64,000 bases of DNA from an uncultured delta proteobacterium (GCA_963822965.1 CAWGJT010000010.1:960001-1024000), one strand, 5' to 3'; shown: positions 17,210-27,504, counted from the stretch's first letter. The notes: generated by a model from the sequence alone, not told the origin. Translations and numbers: made by a program.

Positions 17210-18629
17210 CTCCTGGACGCTCGGAGCCGGTGCGACCGGCGGCGACGAGGAGGAAGGCGGCGCCCTGCTGCCGCCCTTCGCCGAGGACCCGCTGGGGGTG
17301 CTCCGGCGGCGCTGGCTGTGGATGCTCCTGTGCGTGCTCCTCGGGACCGTGGCGACCCTGTTCGCCCTCTCGCTCCGCCGGCCGACCTACGTGGCCGAGA
17401 CGACCATCGTGATCTCCAGCCAGGCGATTCCCGAGGAGTTCGTTCGCAGCACCGTGACCGAGGATTCGCTGTCCCACGTCAACGCCATCGTGGGCCAGGT
17501 GCTGGCGCGCCAGAACCTGGCGGGCCTGGTGGAGAAGTACGGCCTCTACGAGGAGGCGCGGGCGAACGTGCCCCTGGCCACGGTCATCGCGAGCATGCGC
17601 GAGGACATCGACATCTATCCCCAGAAGTCCATGAATCCCACGCGCGGTGGCCCGAGCTCGCAGATCTTCGTCATCGCGTTCCAGTACCCGGACCCGCAGG
17701 TCGCAGCCGACGTCGCCAACGAGCTGGCGGGCCTCTTCACCGAGGCCAACATCGAGATGCGGAACCGACAGGCGCAGCTCACCACCGACTTCCTGCGGCG
17801 GGAGATGAAGCGGTCGGAGCAGGAGCTGCGCGACCACGAGCACAAGATCACGCAGTTCCTGCAGGCGAATCGCGGCGGCCTACCCGGCGAGCTGGACGCC
17901 AACATCGCGAAGCTCGAGCGCCTCCAGAACCAGCGACAGAATCTGGCCACCCAGATCGACGCGGCGGAGAGCCGGCTCATGCTGCTCAACTCGCAGCCGG
18001 ATCCCAAGACCACGGGTCCTACCTCCCGGTCGCTCCTCGCCGACCTGCGCAAGCGGCTCGAGGAACAGCTCGTCATCCTGACCGAAGAGCACCCCAACGT
18101 GATCGCCCTCCGGCGTCGCATCGACCGCCTCGAAGCCGAGGTGACCAACGAGGAATCCTCGCCCGCGGGTCCCAGCGAGCGCGCCCTGCAGGTTCGCGCC
18201 GAGCAGCTGCACCTCGCCAACCTCCGCGACCAGCAGCAGGAGGTGGAGGCCTCCATCGGGGGGCTCGACGCGCAGCTCGAGAAGGCCCCCATGCGCCAGG
18301 AAGAGTTCTCCGCGCTCGAGCAGCGGGCGACCGTGCTGCGGGAGAACTATCTGCAGTTCCTGCGAAAGGTGCAGGAGGCGGAGCTCGCCCAGAGCCTGGA
18401 GTCCGCGCAGCACGGCGCCCGTGTGGCCGTGCTGGATCGCGCCGCCCCGCCCACCGAGCAGAAGCACGCGCGCTGGAAGCTCGCGACCGCCGGCGCCTTC
18501 GCCTCGGTCCTGGCGTCGGTGGTGCTGGCCGTCCTGCTGGAGCTGCTCGACGCCGTGGTGGTGACCCGGGACCAGCTCGAGGCGCTGACTGACAGGCCGC
18601 TGCTCGGATCCATTCCGCGGGTCGCCTGA
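17202..18629 (+). CDS. Polysaccharide chain-length determinant / co-polymerase (Wzz/GumC family)
   Basis: N- and C-terminal TM segments, PTYVAETTI, periplasmic coiled coil with TEEHPNVI, terminal LLGSIP. Confidence 0.9.
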   Translation: MADSWTLGAGATGGDEEEGGALLPPFAEDPLGVLRRRWLWMLLCVLLGTVATLFALSLRRPTYVAETTIVISSQAIPEEFVRSTVTEDSLSHVNAIVGQVLARQNLAGLVEKYGLYEEARANVPLATVIASMREDIDIYPQKSMNPTRGGPSSQIFVIAFQYPDPQVAADVANELAGLFTEANIEMRNRQAQLTTDFLRREMKRSEQELRDHEHKITQFLQANRGGLPGELDANIAKLERLQNQRQNLATQIDAAESRLMLLNSQPDPKTTGPTSRSLLADLRKRLEEQLVILTEEHPNVIALRRRIDRLEAEVTNEESSPAGPSERALQVRAEQLHLANLRDQQQEVEASIGGLDAQLEKAPMRQEEFSALEQRATVLRENYLQFLRKVQEAELAQSLESAQHGARVAVLDRAAPPTEQKHARWKLATAGAFASVLASVVLAVLLELLDAVVVTRDQLEALTDRPLLGSIPRVA

Positions 18630-18767
18630 CCCCTCCCCGAGGGCCAGCCGAGTAGCCGGCGACCTCTCGACCGGCCCGCCACGGGAGCCTACGCTCCGGC
18701 TGCGTCTGGCCGTGGGGGCGGCCCGCTCCGCTTCCACACCGACGCGAACCCGAATCGAGGGGGATCC

Positions 18768-19859
18768 ATGCCCGGAGCTCGTCCCGTCTGCTCGCCCCAC
18801 CGCCGCGTCGGCGCGCGGGTCCCCACAGCCCTCGCGTTCGGGTTCTGCCTCGCCGGCCTGCTGCCCGCGGCCGCTTGGGCGCGCTCGGAGATCGCCGTCT
18901 GGGTGCACCCGATGCCCTGCCAGGTGGACAGCTTCGAGCTCCGCTGGGGGGCGTCGCCCGACGCGCTCACGAACGTGCGGAACGTCGGAAGACCGCGACA
19001 GGCGGGCCGCCAGTTCAGCTACGTCCTCGACGTCGCCGACGACGCGGAGATCTACGCGTGCGTCGCCGCGATCCGGGGCTCCCAGGTGAGCGCGTGCTCC
19101 AACGACCTGCTCTTCTCCCCCGCCGATCCCCAGGACCACCTCGACGATCCGGCGCCCCCGGAAGCGCAGCGGATGTACTGCGAGGACTTCACGGGCGGCA
19201 GCTTCCGGGCCCCCTGGCTGGATACGGCACCCGGCGGCAGCATGGTCCCCGACGATTCGCTCTTCGACGTGGTCGATCTCGGGGGCTCGAACTACGTGCT
19301 CCAGACCAGCTCGGCGCAGCGGGACATCCACTCCCACTTCCTGGGCACCAGCATGCAGGGCGTCCCCGCGCTTCAGTGGCAGCGCTACGAGCTGAGCGGC
19401 GAGATGATGATCACGGACGCCACGGGCAGCGTCGGCGTCACCGTCTACAGTCGCTACAACCAGGCGCCCGACTACTACCGGCTCGGCTACGCACCCGGCG
19501 GGGCGTTCCGGCTCGAACGCGACTACGCCGACCCGAGCTTCCACTGCACCGAGGCTTCGACGGGGATCTCCGCACTGCCCAACGTCTGGTATGCGTTTCG
19601 CGTTCGCGCCCGGGAGACCGACCAGGGCACCGCGATCCAGGCGAAGGTCTGGCCCGCGGACCAGCGAGAGCCTTCCGGATTTCGCCAGGCCTCGTGCGTG
19701 GACGTCCACCCGTCCCGCGCCCTCTCCGGCGCCATCGGCGTGTGGAGCGCGGGCGGCGGGGCCAAGCGCTGGGACGACCTCTCGGTGTCGAGCGTGCCCA
19801 CGGTGCCGCTGCCCACCGACCCCATCGGCCAGGCCGGGAAGCCCGAGCTGGTGCGCTAG
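18768..19859 (+). CDS. Secreted protein with Fn3-like N-terminal domain and concanavalin/lectin-like beta-sandwich
   Basis: Signal peptide ending AAWA; Fn3-like W...FELRWG...IYACVAA...SACSN; lectin-like WQRYELSG...YYRL...WYAFRV...IQAKVW...GAIGVW...WDDLSV. Last gene of the EPS operon. Confidence 0.6.
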   Translation: MPGARPVCSPHRRVGARVPTALAFGFCLAGLLPAAAWARSEIAVWVHPMPCQVDSFELRWGASPDALTNVRNVGRPRQAGRQFSYVLDVADDAEIYACVAAIRGSQVSACSNDLLFSPADPQDHLDDPAPPEAQRMYCEDFTGGSFRAPWLDTAPGGSMVPDDSLFDVVDLGGSNYVLQTSSAQRDIHSHFLGTSMQGVPALQWQRYELSGEMMITDATGSVGVTVYSRYNQAPDYYRLGYAPGGAFRLERDYADPSFHCTEASTGISALPNVWYAFRVRARETDQGTAIQAKVWPADQREPSGFRQASCVDVHPSRALSGAIGVWSAGGGAKRWDDLSVSSVPTVPLPTDPIGQAGKPELVR

Positions 19860-19904
19860 CGACTCCGCTCCGGCGTGCGGCCGGTCGCCGAGCCCGCACC
19901 GCGC

Positions 19905-20111
19905 TCAGAACAGCGTGTAGATGAACGGCGCCGCCGCCGTGCCGCCGAGCAGCACGAGCGCACCGAGCAGGAGCACCGAGACGATGATCGGTGCCAGCCA
20001 CCACTTCTTGTTCTGACCGAGGAACTCGACGAACTCGCCCAAAAGGCTGGTGCGCCCCTCCTGGGTGGCCTGTGCGGCGAAGTCGTCCTCGGTGCCCTGA
20101 TCGTCCGACAT
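19905..20111 (-). CDS. DUF5989 (SxtK-like) small membrane protein
   Basis: EFVEFLGQNKKWWLAPII...AAAPFIYTLF family signature. Confidence 0.92.
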   Translation of the reverse strand: MSDDQGTEDDFAAQATQEGRTSLLGEFVEFLGQNKKWWLAPIIVSVLLLGALVLLGGTAAAPFIYTLF

Positions 20112-20160
20112 GGGTCTCTCTCCTGCTCTGAATCTGCAGCCTGGGGCGCGGTTTCGCGGC

Positions 20161-20607
20161 TCAGAACTGCTTGAAGTAGCTCGCTCGTGGTCGTGCGGGG
20201 GGTGTGTCGACCCAGTAGCTCCCGGCTTCGGGGAGGATGCGACGCTCCATCGGGTCCGCGCCCAGCAGGCGCAGCACGAACCCGACCGGGGCGATGATCA
20301 GGTAGAAGAGCGTTCCCATGATCACGTACGAGAGAACGAAGCCGATGGGATAGGTCGCGATGCTGATCGCCAGGTAGATCGGCAGGTTCGCCTTGGGAAA
20401 CACGAGCGAGAAGAAGCCCGACACCAGGGCCACCGCCGCGAACGCCGCCGCGACCGGAACCCTCGCCGCGCCGAGGCCGACGGAGAAGATCAGCACCTCG
20501 AACCACGCGATCGTGGCCACGAATCCGAAGCCCGCCACCGCGATGAAGCCGAAGCTTCGAAGCGTGCGCGCGTCGGGGCGGAGGTTGAGCTCGATCATCT
20601 TGGACAT
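20161..20607 (-). CDS. SxtJ-family membrane protein
   Basis: LRSFG, TM helices, LFYLIIAPVG...DPM...SYW...YFKQF. Confidence 0.88.
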   Translation of the reverse strand: MSKMIELNLRPDARTLRSFGFIAVAGFGFVATIAWFEVLIFSVGLGAARVPVAAAFAAVALVSGFFSLVFPKANLPIYLAISIATYPIGFVLSYVIMGTLFYLIIAPVGFVLRLLGADPMERRILPEAGSYWVDTPPARPRASYFKQF

Positions 20608-20702
20608 GTGCTGGGTCCTGACGTCTCGGGAGGCCGTACGGTTCCCGGTTGGGTGGCTTTCGGGCCTGGCCTCCGCCCGGCAGGGCGGAGCACGACCCGG
20701 TG

Positions 20703-22534
20703 CAATCGAGGGCGAACTCGGCCAGGTAGGCCTCGAGGTCGATCTCCTTGGCGTTCGGCTGGTCCTTCTTCAGCAGGAGGCAGTTCTCCAGCACCAGCGC
20801 GTCCATGTTCGTGTGCATGAAGCAGCGGTAGGCGTCCTGCGGGCGTGTTGACGATCGGCTCGCCGCGCACGTTGAAGCTCGTGTTGATCAGGACCGGGCT
20901 CCCGGTCTTCTCCTTGAACGCCCGCAGGATCTTGTAGAAGCGCGGGTGGCGCTCCGGGTCGATGGTCTGGACCCGCGCCGAGTTGTCCACGTGGGTGATC
21001 GCGGGCACCACCGAACGGACCTGCTTCAGCTTGTCGAGGCCCTGGACGCTGTTCTCGTCGTACTGCAGCAGCTTCTCCTTGCGGACCGGCGCCACCATGA
21101 GCATGTAGGGGCTGTCCTCGTTCGGACGCATCTCGAAGTACTCGTCCACGTCCTCCCGCAGCACCGCCGGCGCAAAGGGCCGGAACGACTCGCGGAACTT
21201 GATCTTCAGGTTCATGACCGACTGCATCTTCGTGGAGCGCGCATCGCCCAGGATCGAGCGGGACCCGAGGGCGCGCGGGCCGAACTCCATGCGCCCGGCG
21301 CAGTGTCCGACCACCTGCTCGCCGGCGATCAGCTCTGCGATCCGGTCGACCACCTCGTCCTCGGACTCGTAGCAGGTGTAGACGGCGTTCTGGGCGTCCA
21401 GGTACTCGCGGATCTCGGCGTTCGAGTAGCGCGGGCCCAGCAGCGATCCCTGCTGGGAGTCGTAAGGCTGCGCGATCCGTTCCTTGTCGAGCAGCTGGTG
21501 CCACACGAAGAGCGCGGCGCCGAGCGCGCCGCCGGCATCGCCCGCGGCGGGCTGGACCCAGACCTCGTCGAACGGGCCCTCGCGCAGAATGCGGCCGTTG
21601 GCGACGCAGTTCAGTGCGACGCCCGCCCGCCATCGTGAGCTTGCTGGCGCCGGTGACCTCGTGGGCGTGGCGCGCGATGCGCAGGACGATCTCTTCGGTC
21701 ACCACCTGGATCGAGGCGGCGATGTCCATCTCGCGCTGGGAGATCGCGGTCTCGGCCGTGCGCGGCGGACCCCCGAAGAGGCCCTCCATCTTCTTCGACG
21801 TCATCACGTCGTCGTTGCAGTAGCCGAAGTAGGACATGTCGAGCCGGAAGGAGCCGTCGTCCTTCAGGTCGAGGAGCTTGTCGAGGATGAGGTCGCGGTA
21901 GACGGGCTCGCCGTACGGGGCGAGGCCCATCAGCTTGTACTCCCCGCTGTTGACCCTGAAGCCGGTGAAGTAGGTCATGGCGGAGTAGAGCAAGCCGAGG
22001 GAGTGCGGGAAGCGCAGCTCCTTCTTCATCTCGATCTTGTTGCCGCGCCCGAGCGCGATGCTGCCGGTCGCCCACTCGCCGACGCCGTCGAGGGTGAGGA
22101 TCGGCCGCCTCCTCGAACGGGGACGGAAAGAACGCGCTGGCGGCGTGCGACTCGTGGTGCGCCATGAACACGTAGCGGCCCTTGTAGTGGCCCGAGAGAC
22201 CCCGATCCAGCTCGCGCGGGGTGTAGAGCTTCTCCTTCAGCCACAGGGGCAATCCCATCAGGAAGAGCTTGAAGCCGCTCGGCGCGTAGGCGATGTAGGT
22301 CTCGAGGATGCGGTCGAACTTGAGGAGCGGCTTGTCGTAGAAGGCGACCAGGTCGAGCTCGCCGGGGGTGATCCCGCCTTCCTCCAGGCAGTAGTCGATG
22401 GCGTGCTTCGGGAAGTCGAAGTCGTGCTTCTTGCGCGTGAAGCGCTCTTCCTGGGCGGCCGCGACGATGCGCCCGTCCTGGACGAGGCAGGCGGCGCTGT
22501 CGTGGTAGAAAGCGGAGATTCCGAGAATGTTCAT
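20703..22534 (-). CDS. NodU/CmcH (SxtI-like) O-carbamoyltransferase, frameshifted
   Basis: MNILGISAFYHDSAA, AQEERFTRKKHD, HHESHAASAF, FPHSLGLLYS, GEYKLMGLAPYG, EFGPRALG, KFRESFRPFAP and NTSFNVRGEP. Indels near 22100, 21620 and 20840; stop probably obscured near 20703. Confidence 0.93.
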
Positions 22535-22694
22535 CTGTTCCGTGCCCTTCCCTGCAGCGCTTGCCGGTCCCGCAACACCGTTCGCCCGGCCGCTCCCGCC
22601 CCACTCGTCGGCACGACGGCACGCCCGCCTGCGCGAAAGTCGCTCTCGTCCGGCCTCCGGAGCCCGCCGCGGGCCGCTCCGCTCCATCCCGGGC

Positions 22695-22761
22695 GCGAAG
22701 AGCCTTCAGCCGCGCGAAGAGCCTTCAGCCTTGCGAAGAGCCTTCAGCCGCCCGAAGAGCC
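22695..22761. repeat. Non-coding 19-bp-period tandem repeat (about 3.5 copies) in divergent promoter region
   Basis: GCGAAGAGCCTTCAGCC at 22695, 22714 and 22733, partial at 22752, with 2-bp variable linkers. Confidence 0.92.
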
Positions 22762-22987
22762 GTCGGTCGCGCGCCAAGGACTCAGCATAGCCGCACCCGG
22801 ATTTCGCGCGCGAAGGAGGCGCCCTGGTGAGTGACCCCTGGAGACGAAAGGGGGACATCCCTGCGGGGATCCGGCGCCTGGAGCCCGACGAAGATCCGGA
22901 GCCCCTGGCGTTCCTCGCACCGCGACGCAGGCCGATCCATCCTGGGTCGGCCCTGCTAGCCTGCCGGCCCGACAACCCCGGTCCCTC

Positions 22988-24181
22988 GTGAAGCCCACCG
23001 TCGTCAAGCTCGTCAACCCGATCCAGCACTACGCCTGGGGGTCCCATGCGGCCATCGCGCAGCTGCAGGGAAGACCCAGCCCCAGTCCGCGCCCGGAAGC
23101 GGAGCTCTGGATCGGCGACCATCCCGTGGCGCCCTCGTCGGTCCTCGAAGGCGGCCCGGCGCTCGCCCTGCCCGACTGGATCGCCCGGGATCCGACCGGT
23201 GTGCTCGGCCCCGGGCACGAGCACCTGCCCTTCCTGGCGAAGATCCTGGCGGCGGAACGCTCGCTCTCGGTCCAGGTCCACCCGGACGCCGGTCAGGCCC
23301 GCCGGGGCTTCGAGCGGGAGGAGCGTCTCGGGGTCGCCGTGGAGCGGCGCTGCTATCGGGACGCCAATGCCAAGCACGAGGTGCTGGTGGCGCTCTCGAC
23401 CTTCGAGGCCCTGTGCGGCTTTCGAAGCGACCCGGCCGTCGAGGACGGTCTCGGCGCCCTTTCGAGCCCGACGTTGCGAGCCCTGGTCGAGGAGGTCCGT
23501 GGCACCGGCGCCTCGGCCTCAGCGCCCCTCGCCGTCGCGCTCTTCCATCGGCTGCAGCGCCTCGCGCCGGGCGAGCGTGCTTCGCTCGCCGAGGACGTTG
23601 CTCGTTTCGCCCGGTCGGGGGATTCCAGCGAGGCGCGGTGGACGAGCCGGCTCCAGTCGGAGCACCCGGGCGATCCGCTGTGTCTCGTTCCCCTGCTCAT
23701 GAACCGCGTGGTCCTCGCGCCCGGGGAGGGTCTGGTGGTCCGCCCTGGGACCGTCCACGCCTACCTGTCCGGCAACGGGGTGGAGGTGATGACCCGGTCG
23801 GACAACGTGGTGCGGGGCGGCCTCACCCGCAAGCACGTGGATCCCGACGAGCTGCGCGAGGTGACCGCGAGCCGGGCGGAGCCGGCCGAGGTGGTGCGGG
23901 GTGTCGCCCGTGAAGCGGGGAGCTGGGAGTATGCGACCGGCACCCGGGCGTTCGCGCTGTCGGTGCTGCGGCCGGCTCGAACCCTCGATCGGGCAGGCGG
24001 AAGCGTCCGGGTGCTCGTGTGCGTGGAGGGTGCCGTCGAGGTTCGGGCGGGCGCCGACGTCGTCGGCGTCCCCCTGGCCCCGGGCGAGGCGGCCCTCGTT
24101 GCAGCCGGCGTCGAACGCTACCGACTGCTGGGAAGCGCTCCGGACAGCCGCGTCTTCGAGGTCTCCGGCGCTTCGCGGTAA
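22988..24181 (+). CDS. manA: Mannose-6-phosphate isomerase, class I
   Basis: [29 protein letters not shown] and [26 protein letters not shown]. Confidence 0.93.
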   Translation: MKPTVVKLVNPIQHYAWGSHAAIAQLQGRPSPSPRPEAELWIGDHPVAPSSVLEGGPALALPDWIARDPTGVLGPGHEHLPFLAKILAAERSLSVQVHPDAGQARRGFEREERLGVAVERRCYRDANAKHEVLVALSTFEALCGFRSDPAVEDGLGALSSPTLRALVEEVRGTGASASAPLAVALFHRLQRLAPGERASLAEDVARFARSGDSSEARWTSRLQSEHPGDPLCLVPLLMNRVVLAPGEGLVVRPGTVHAYLSGNGVEVMTRSDNVVRGGLTRKHVDPDELREVTASRAEPAEVVRGVAREAGSWEYATGTRAFALSVLRPARTLDRAGGSVRVLVCVEGAVEVRAGADVVGVPLAPGEAALVAAGVERYRLLGSAPDSRVFEVSGASR

Positions 24182-24315
24182 GCTTGCGCTCGCCGCACGA
24201 CCGGCCGATCAGGCAGTTCGTGCGATCCCTTGGCCCGAAGCCGGGGATCGCACGGCGGCGCGCTCCGCGGCGGAGCTCGAGGCTCGCGCGGCCGGAGGCC
24301 GCAGAAGGGGTACGC

Positions 24316-25275
24316 GTGAGGAAGTACAGCCGAAAGCGAATCCTCGTCACCGGGGGGGCCGGCTTCCTGGGCTCCCACCTGTGCGACCGGCTGATCGAGC
24401 GCGGCGACGAGGTGCTCTGCGTCGACAACTTCTACACCGGCGCCAAGGAGAACATCGCCCATCTCCTGGGCAATTCGCGCTTCGAGCTCATCCGGCACGA
24501 CATCACCTTCCCGCTGTACCTGGAGGTGGACGAGATCTACAACCTGGCCTGCCCCGCGTCGCCCGTGGACTACCAGAACGACCCGATCCAGACCACCAAG
24601 ACGAGCGTCCACGGCGCGATCAACATGCTCGGGCTCGCCAAACGGGTGAAGGCCCGCATCTTCCAGGCGTCGACGAGCGAGGTCTACGGCGATCCGCAGG
24701 TGCATCCGCAGCCCGAGAGCTATTGGGGACACGTGAACCCCATCGGCGTGCGCTCCTGCTACGACGAGGGCAAGCGCTGCGCGGAGACGCTCTTCTTCGA
24801 CTACCACCGACAGGTGGGACTCGAGATCAAGGTGGCCCGGATCTTCAACACCTACGGTCCGCGAATGCACCCGGCCGACGGTCGCGTGGTCACGAACTTC
24901 ATCGTGCCGGCGCTCAAGAACGAGCCGATCACCATCTACGGGACGGGCGAGCAGACCCGCTCGTTCTGCTACGTGGACGACCTGATCGAAGGCTTCCTGC
25001 GCCTGATGGACTCGCCGGCGGCCTTCACGGGGCCCGTGAACCTCGGCAACCCCGGCGAGTTCACCATGCGCGAGCTGGCCGATCTGGTGCTGCGCCTCAC
25101 CGGGTCGCGTTCCGAGATCCGCTTCGGTCCGCTCCCGAGCGACGATCCCACCCAGCGCCGGCCGGACGTCCGCCTCGCCCGGGAGCACCTGGACTGGGTA
25201 CCGGAGACGCCCCTCGAGGAGGGGCTCCGGAAGACCATCGGCTACTTCGAGAAGCTGGTCGGGAAGCGCGCTTGA
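24316..25275 (+). CDS. UDP-glucuronate decarboxylase (UDP-xylose synthase)
   Basis: [59 protein letters not shown] and DDPTQRRPD. Confidence 0.95.
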   Translation: MRKYSRKRILVTGGAGFLGSHLCDRLIERGDEVLCVDNFYTGAKENIAHLLGNSRFELIRHDITFPLYLEVDEIYNLACPASPVDYQNDPIQTTKTSVHGAINMLGLAKRVKARIFQASTSEVYGDPQVHPQPESYWGHVNPIGVRSCYDEGKRCAETLFFDYHRQVGLEIKVARIFNTYGPRMHPADGRVVTNFIVPALKNEPITIYGTGEQTRSFCYVDDLIEGFLRLMDSPAAFTGPVNLGNPGEFTMRELADLVLRLTGSRSEIRFGPLPSDDPTQRRPDVRLAREHLDWVPETPLEEGLRKTIGYFEKLVGKRA

Positions 25276-26009
25276 ACGTCGTCCTGCTCGGCGCCACCCG
25301 CGGCATGGGGCGCGCAGTGGCGCGGTGCATGGCGGCGCGGGGCGATCGGCTCTTCCTGCTGGGACGCTCGCCCGAGGAGCTGACGCGGAGCGCCGCGGAT
25401 CTCGAGATTCGCGGGGCGGCCGGCACGGCGGGAACCGCGACGTGCGACCTGCTGGACCCGGCGAGCTTCGGCCCCGCGCTGGATTCGGCGTTCGAAGCCC
25501 TGGCCGACGTCGACTGCGTCGTCGTGACGGCCGGGCTCTTCGCGACGCAGGAAGCGCTGGAGAACGATCCCGACCAGCTCGCCAGGCTGCTGCAGGCCGA
25601 CTTCACCGGCACCATCGGCTTCTGCGAGGAGGCCCGCAAACGGCTGCTGCGAGCCGGGGGCGGCACCCTGTGCGTCTTCTCGTCCGTCGCCGGCGACCGC
25701 GCCCGCAAGCCGGTCGTGCTCTACGGCGCCGCGAAGGCGGGACTCAGCCACTACCTCGAGGGTCTCGACCACCGCTTCCACGGGCAGGGGCTCGTCGTGG
25801 TCACCGTGAAGCCCGGCTTCGTGAGGACGGGCATGACCGCCGACCTCGATCCGCCGCCCTTCGCGGGGGAGCCCGAGGCCGTGGCGGCCACCGTGCTGCG
25901 AGCCATCGATCGCGGCCGTCCGGTCGTCTACGCCCCGCCGATCTGGCGCCTCGTCCTGGGAGTGATCCGATTGCTGCCCCGGAGCGTCATGAGACGCCTG
26001 TCGTTCTAG
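25272..26009 (+). CDS. SDR oxidoreductase, DprE2-like short-chain dehydrogenase
   Basis: [32 protein letters not shown] and [10 protein letters not shown]; start overlaps the UXS stop. Confidence 0.8.
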   Translation: MNVVLLGATRGMGRAVARCMAARGDRLFLLGRSPEELTRSAADLEIRGAAGTAGTATCDLLDPASFGPALDSAFEALADVDCVVVTAGLFATQEALENDPDQLARLLQADFTGTIGFCEEARKRLLRAGGGTLCVFSSVAGDRARKPVVLYGAAKAGLSHYLEGLDHRFHGQGLVVVTVKPGFVRTGMTADLDPPPFAGEPEAVAATVLRAIDRGRPVVYAPPIWRLVLGVIRLLPRSVMRRLSF

Positions 26010-26078
26010 CGTTGCAGTCCCCGCCTGCGGCGGGTCGTTCTGCAGTGAAGCGGGACCAGTGGCTCGACGAGCCCGGCA

Positions 26079-26363
26079 TCACTTCTTGAACAGCGATTCC
26101 AGATCCGAGATGGCGCTCTTCCGGGTCGCCCCGGAGCCCCCCTGCGCGTCGCCGGGCCGGAAGTACTCGCAGCGATTCGCGCGCTCGCGGTCGTCGACCC
26201 GCTCGCTGTTGGACTCGCGACACTCGTTGTAGGCGGTGGGATCGTGGTGGACGCAGTTGCGGCACACGTGGAGATCGGCGCCGCAGCTGCTGCAATCGTC
26301 CCGGAAGCCGATGCGCTCGCCGGATGCCAGCGAAACCTCGGCGTTGCACGCGAAACAGTGCAT
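26079..26363 (-). CDS. Small Cys-rich (putative Zn/Fe-binding) conserved hypothetical protein
   Basis: Three CxxC motifs plus two further Cys (CFAC, CSSC, CRNC, EC, NRCEYF); ends LESLFKK. Confidence 0.8.
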   Translation of the reverse strand: MHCFACNAEVSLASGERIGFRDDCSSCGADLHVCRNCVHHDPTAYNECRESNSERVDDRERANRCEYFRPGDAQGGSGATRKSAISDLESLFKK

Positions 26364-26418
26364 CGCGTGCGATCGTGCCCCACGCGGCCTTCGGCTGTCA
26401 AGCGAGCAGCGAGCTGAT

Positions 26419-27090
26419 ATGCTGCGGCGCGTGGCGAAACGAACGCGTGCAGCCGTCGGGGCGTTGGCGCTTGCTGTGCTGTCGGTCGTCGCCCTTGCGC
26501 CCGCCGGGCCCGCCGGCGCCCAGGTGCCGGGCGCCTCGGAGCCGACGATCGCGGACATGGCGCTCGCCTGGGCGCGCGGTCGATTCGCGTCCCCCGTCAT
26601 CTGTCAGTTCGGCGACCGACCGGTACGCGGAATCCGGCGCGTCCTCATCACGCCCGGGCCGGCGCGCGTGCAGCCTCCGGTGGACCGCATCCTGTTCGTC
26701 GATCTCGACGTGAACGAGGCGAGCCGGTGCTTCGCGGAGCTGGCCGGAGACGTGCCGAACGTCGTCGGCTGGGTCCAGATCCGGCTGCCGGGGACCTTCC
26801 GGCCGGACCTGGCCCAACGGGAGTTCCGCGAGCAGCTGCGCCGCAAGCAGGGCTTCGAGTTCGAGATCCCGGCGGGCGGTCTCAAGCTGCAGACCGTGAC
26901 CCAGCCCCCCACGCCGGCCCGAACCGTGGACTTCGCGGGCGGCACCGCGAGCCTGCGCGAGATCGACCCCCGCAGCGACACCGGGCGCCTGCTGGCGCAG
27001 TTCAGCAGCCCGCGGAAGCTGCTGCTCGAGCTCTCGGCAAGAGATGGCACGAAGCTCTCGTTTCCGCTCTATATGACGGATTCGCACTGA
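26419..27090 (+). CDS. Hypothetical secreted protein
   Basis: Basic N-region, hydrophobic core and AGA cleavage site; good codon bias; no recognised domain. Confidence 0.7.
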   Translation: MLRRVAKRTRAAVGALALAVLSVVALAPAGPAGAQVPGASEPTIADMALAWARGRFASPVICQFGDRPVRGIRRVLITPGPARVQPPVDRILFVDLDVNEASRCFAELAGDVPNVVGWVQIRLPGTFRPDLAQREFREQLRRKQGFEFEIPAGGLKLQTVTQPPTPARTVDFAGGTASLREIDPRSDTGRLLAQFSSPRKLLLELSARDGTKLSFPLYMTDSH

Positions 27091-27177
27091 GGTCCGGCGC
27101 GGCCGCCACGTCCCGCCGGTCCGCCCGCCCCGTCGTCCCCCGTCAAGCCCGGGCCGGACGGCACCGATACGCCGGGC

Positions 27178-27504
27178 ATGTCCTCGCGTCGCAAGCCCAT
27201 CTACTCCGTCCTCGAGGACGACCTGGAGCTGCAGGAGCCGATCGACGCCTTCGTGGTCTCCCTGGCCGAGCGCATCGACGGCCTGCAGGATCTCCACTCC
27301 TCGGCCGAGTTCGAGCTTCTCGCCGAGGCGTGCGGCGCGCTCGGCGACGAGGCGCAGCGGCTGGGCTATCCCCTGATGGCGTCGGTGGCGCGGGTCGCCG
27401 CGGTCGCCTGTCGGGAGAACAAGGCCGACGCCAGCGAGGAGGCCCTGGTGGAGCTGACCGAGCTCAGCCAGCGCATCCGCCAGGCCCACCGCGGCGCGGC
27501 CTGA
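27178..27504 (+). CDS. Hpt-like four-helix protein lacking the canonical phospho-His
   Basis: PIYSVLEDDLELQEPIDAFVVSLAERI pattern of stand-alone Hpt proteins; the HxLKG position reads ACGALGDEAQRLGY. Confidence 0.65.
   Translation: MSSRRKPIYSVLEDDLELQEPIDAFVVSLAERIDGLQDLHSSAEFELLAEACGALGDEAQRLGYPLMASVARVAAVACRENKADASEEALVELTELSQRIRQAHRGAA

Noticed and set aside
19905..22534. Saxitoxin biosynthesis cluster
   Set aside because: Only the widespread sxtI/J/K-like triad is present. No sxtA, sxtG or other core genes; the context is glycan biosynthesis.
22695..22761. Possible CRISPR array
   Set aside because: Units are 17 bp with 2-bp linkers, there are no unique spacers, and there are no cas genes. 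The repeats at 3670, 16274 and 48082 likewise lack spacers.
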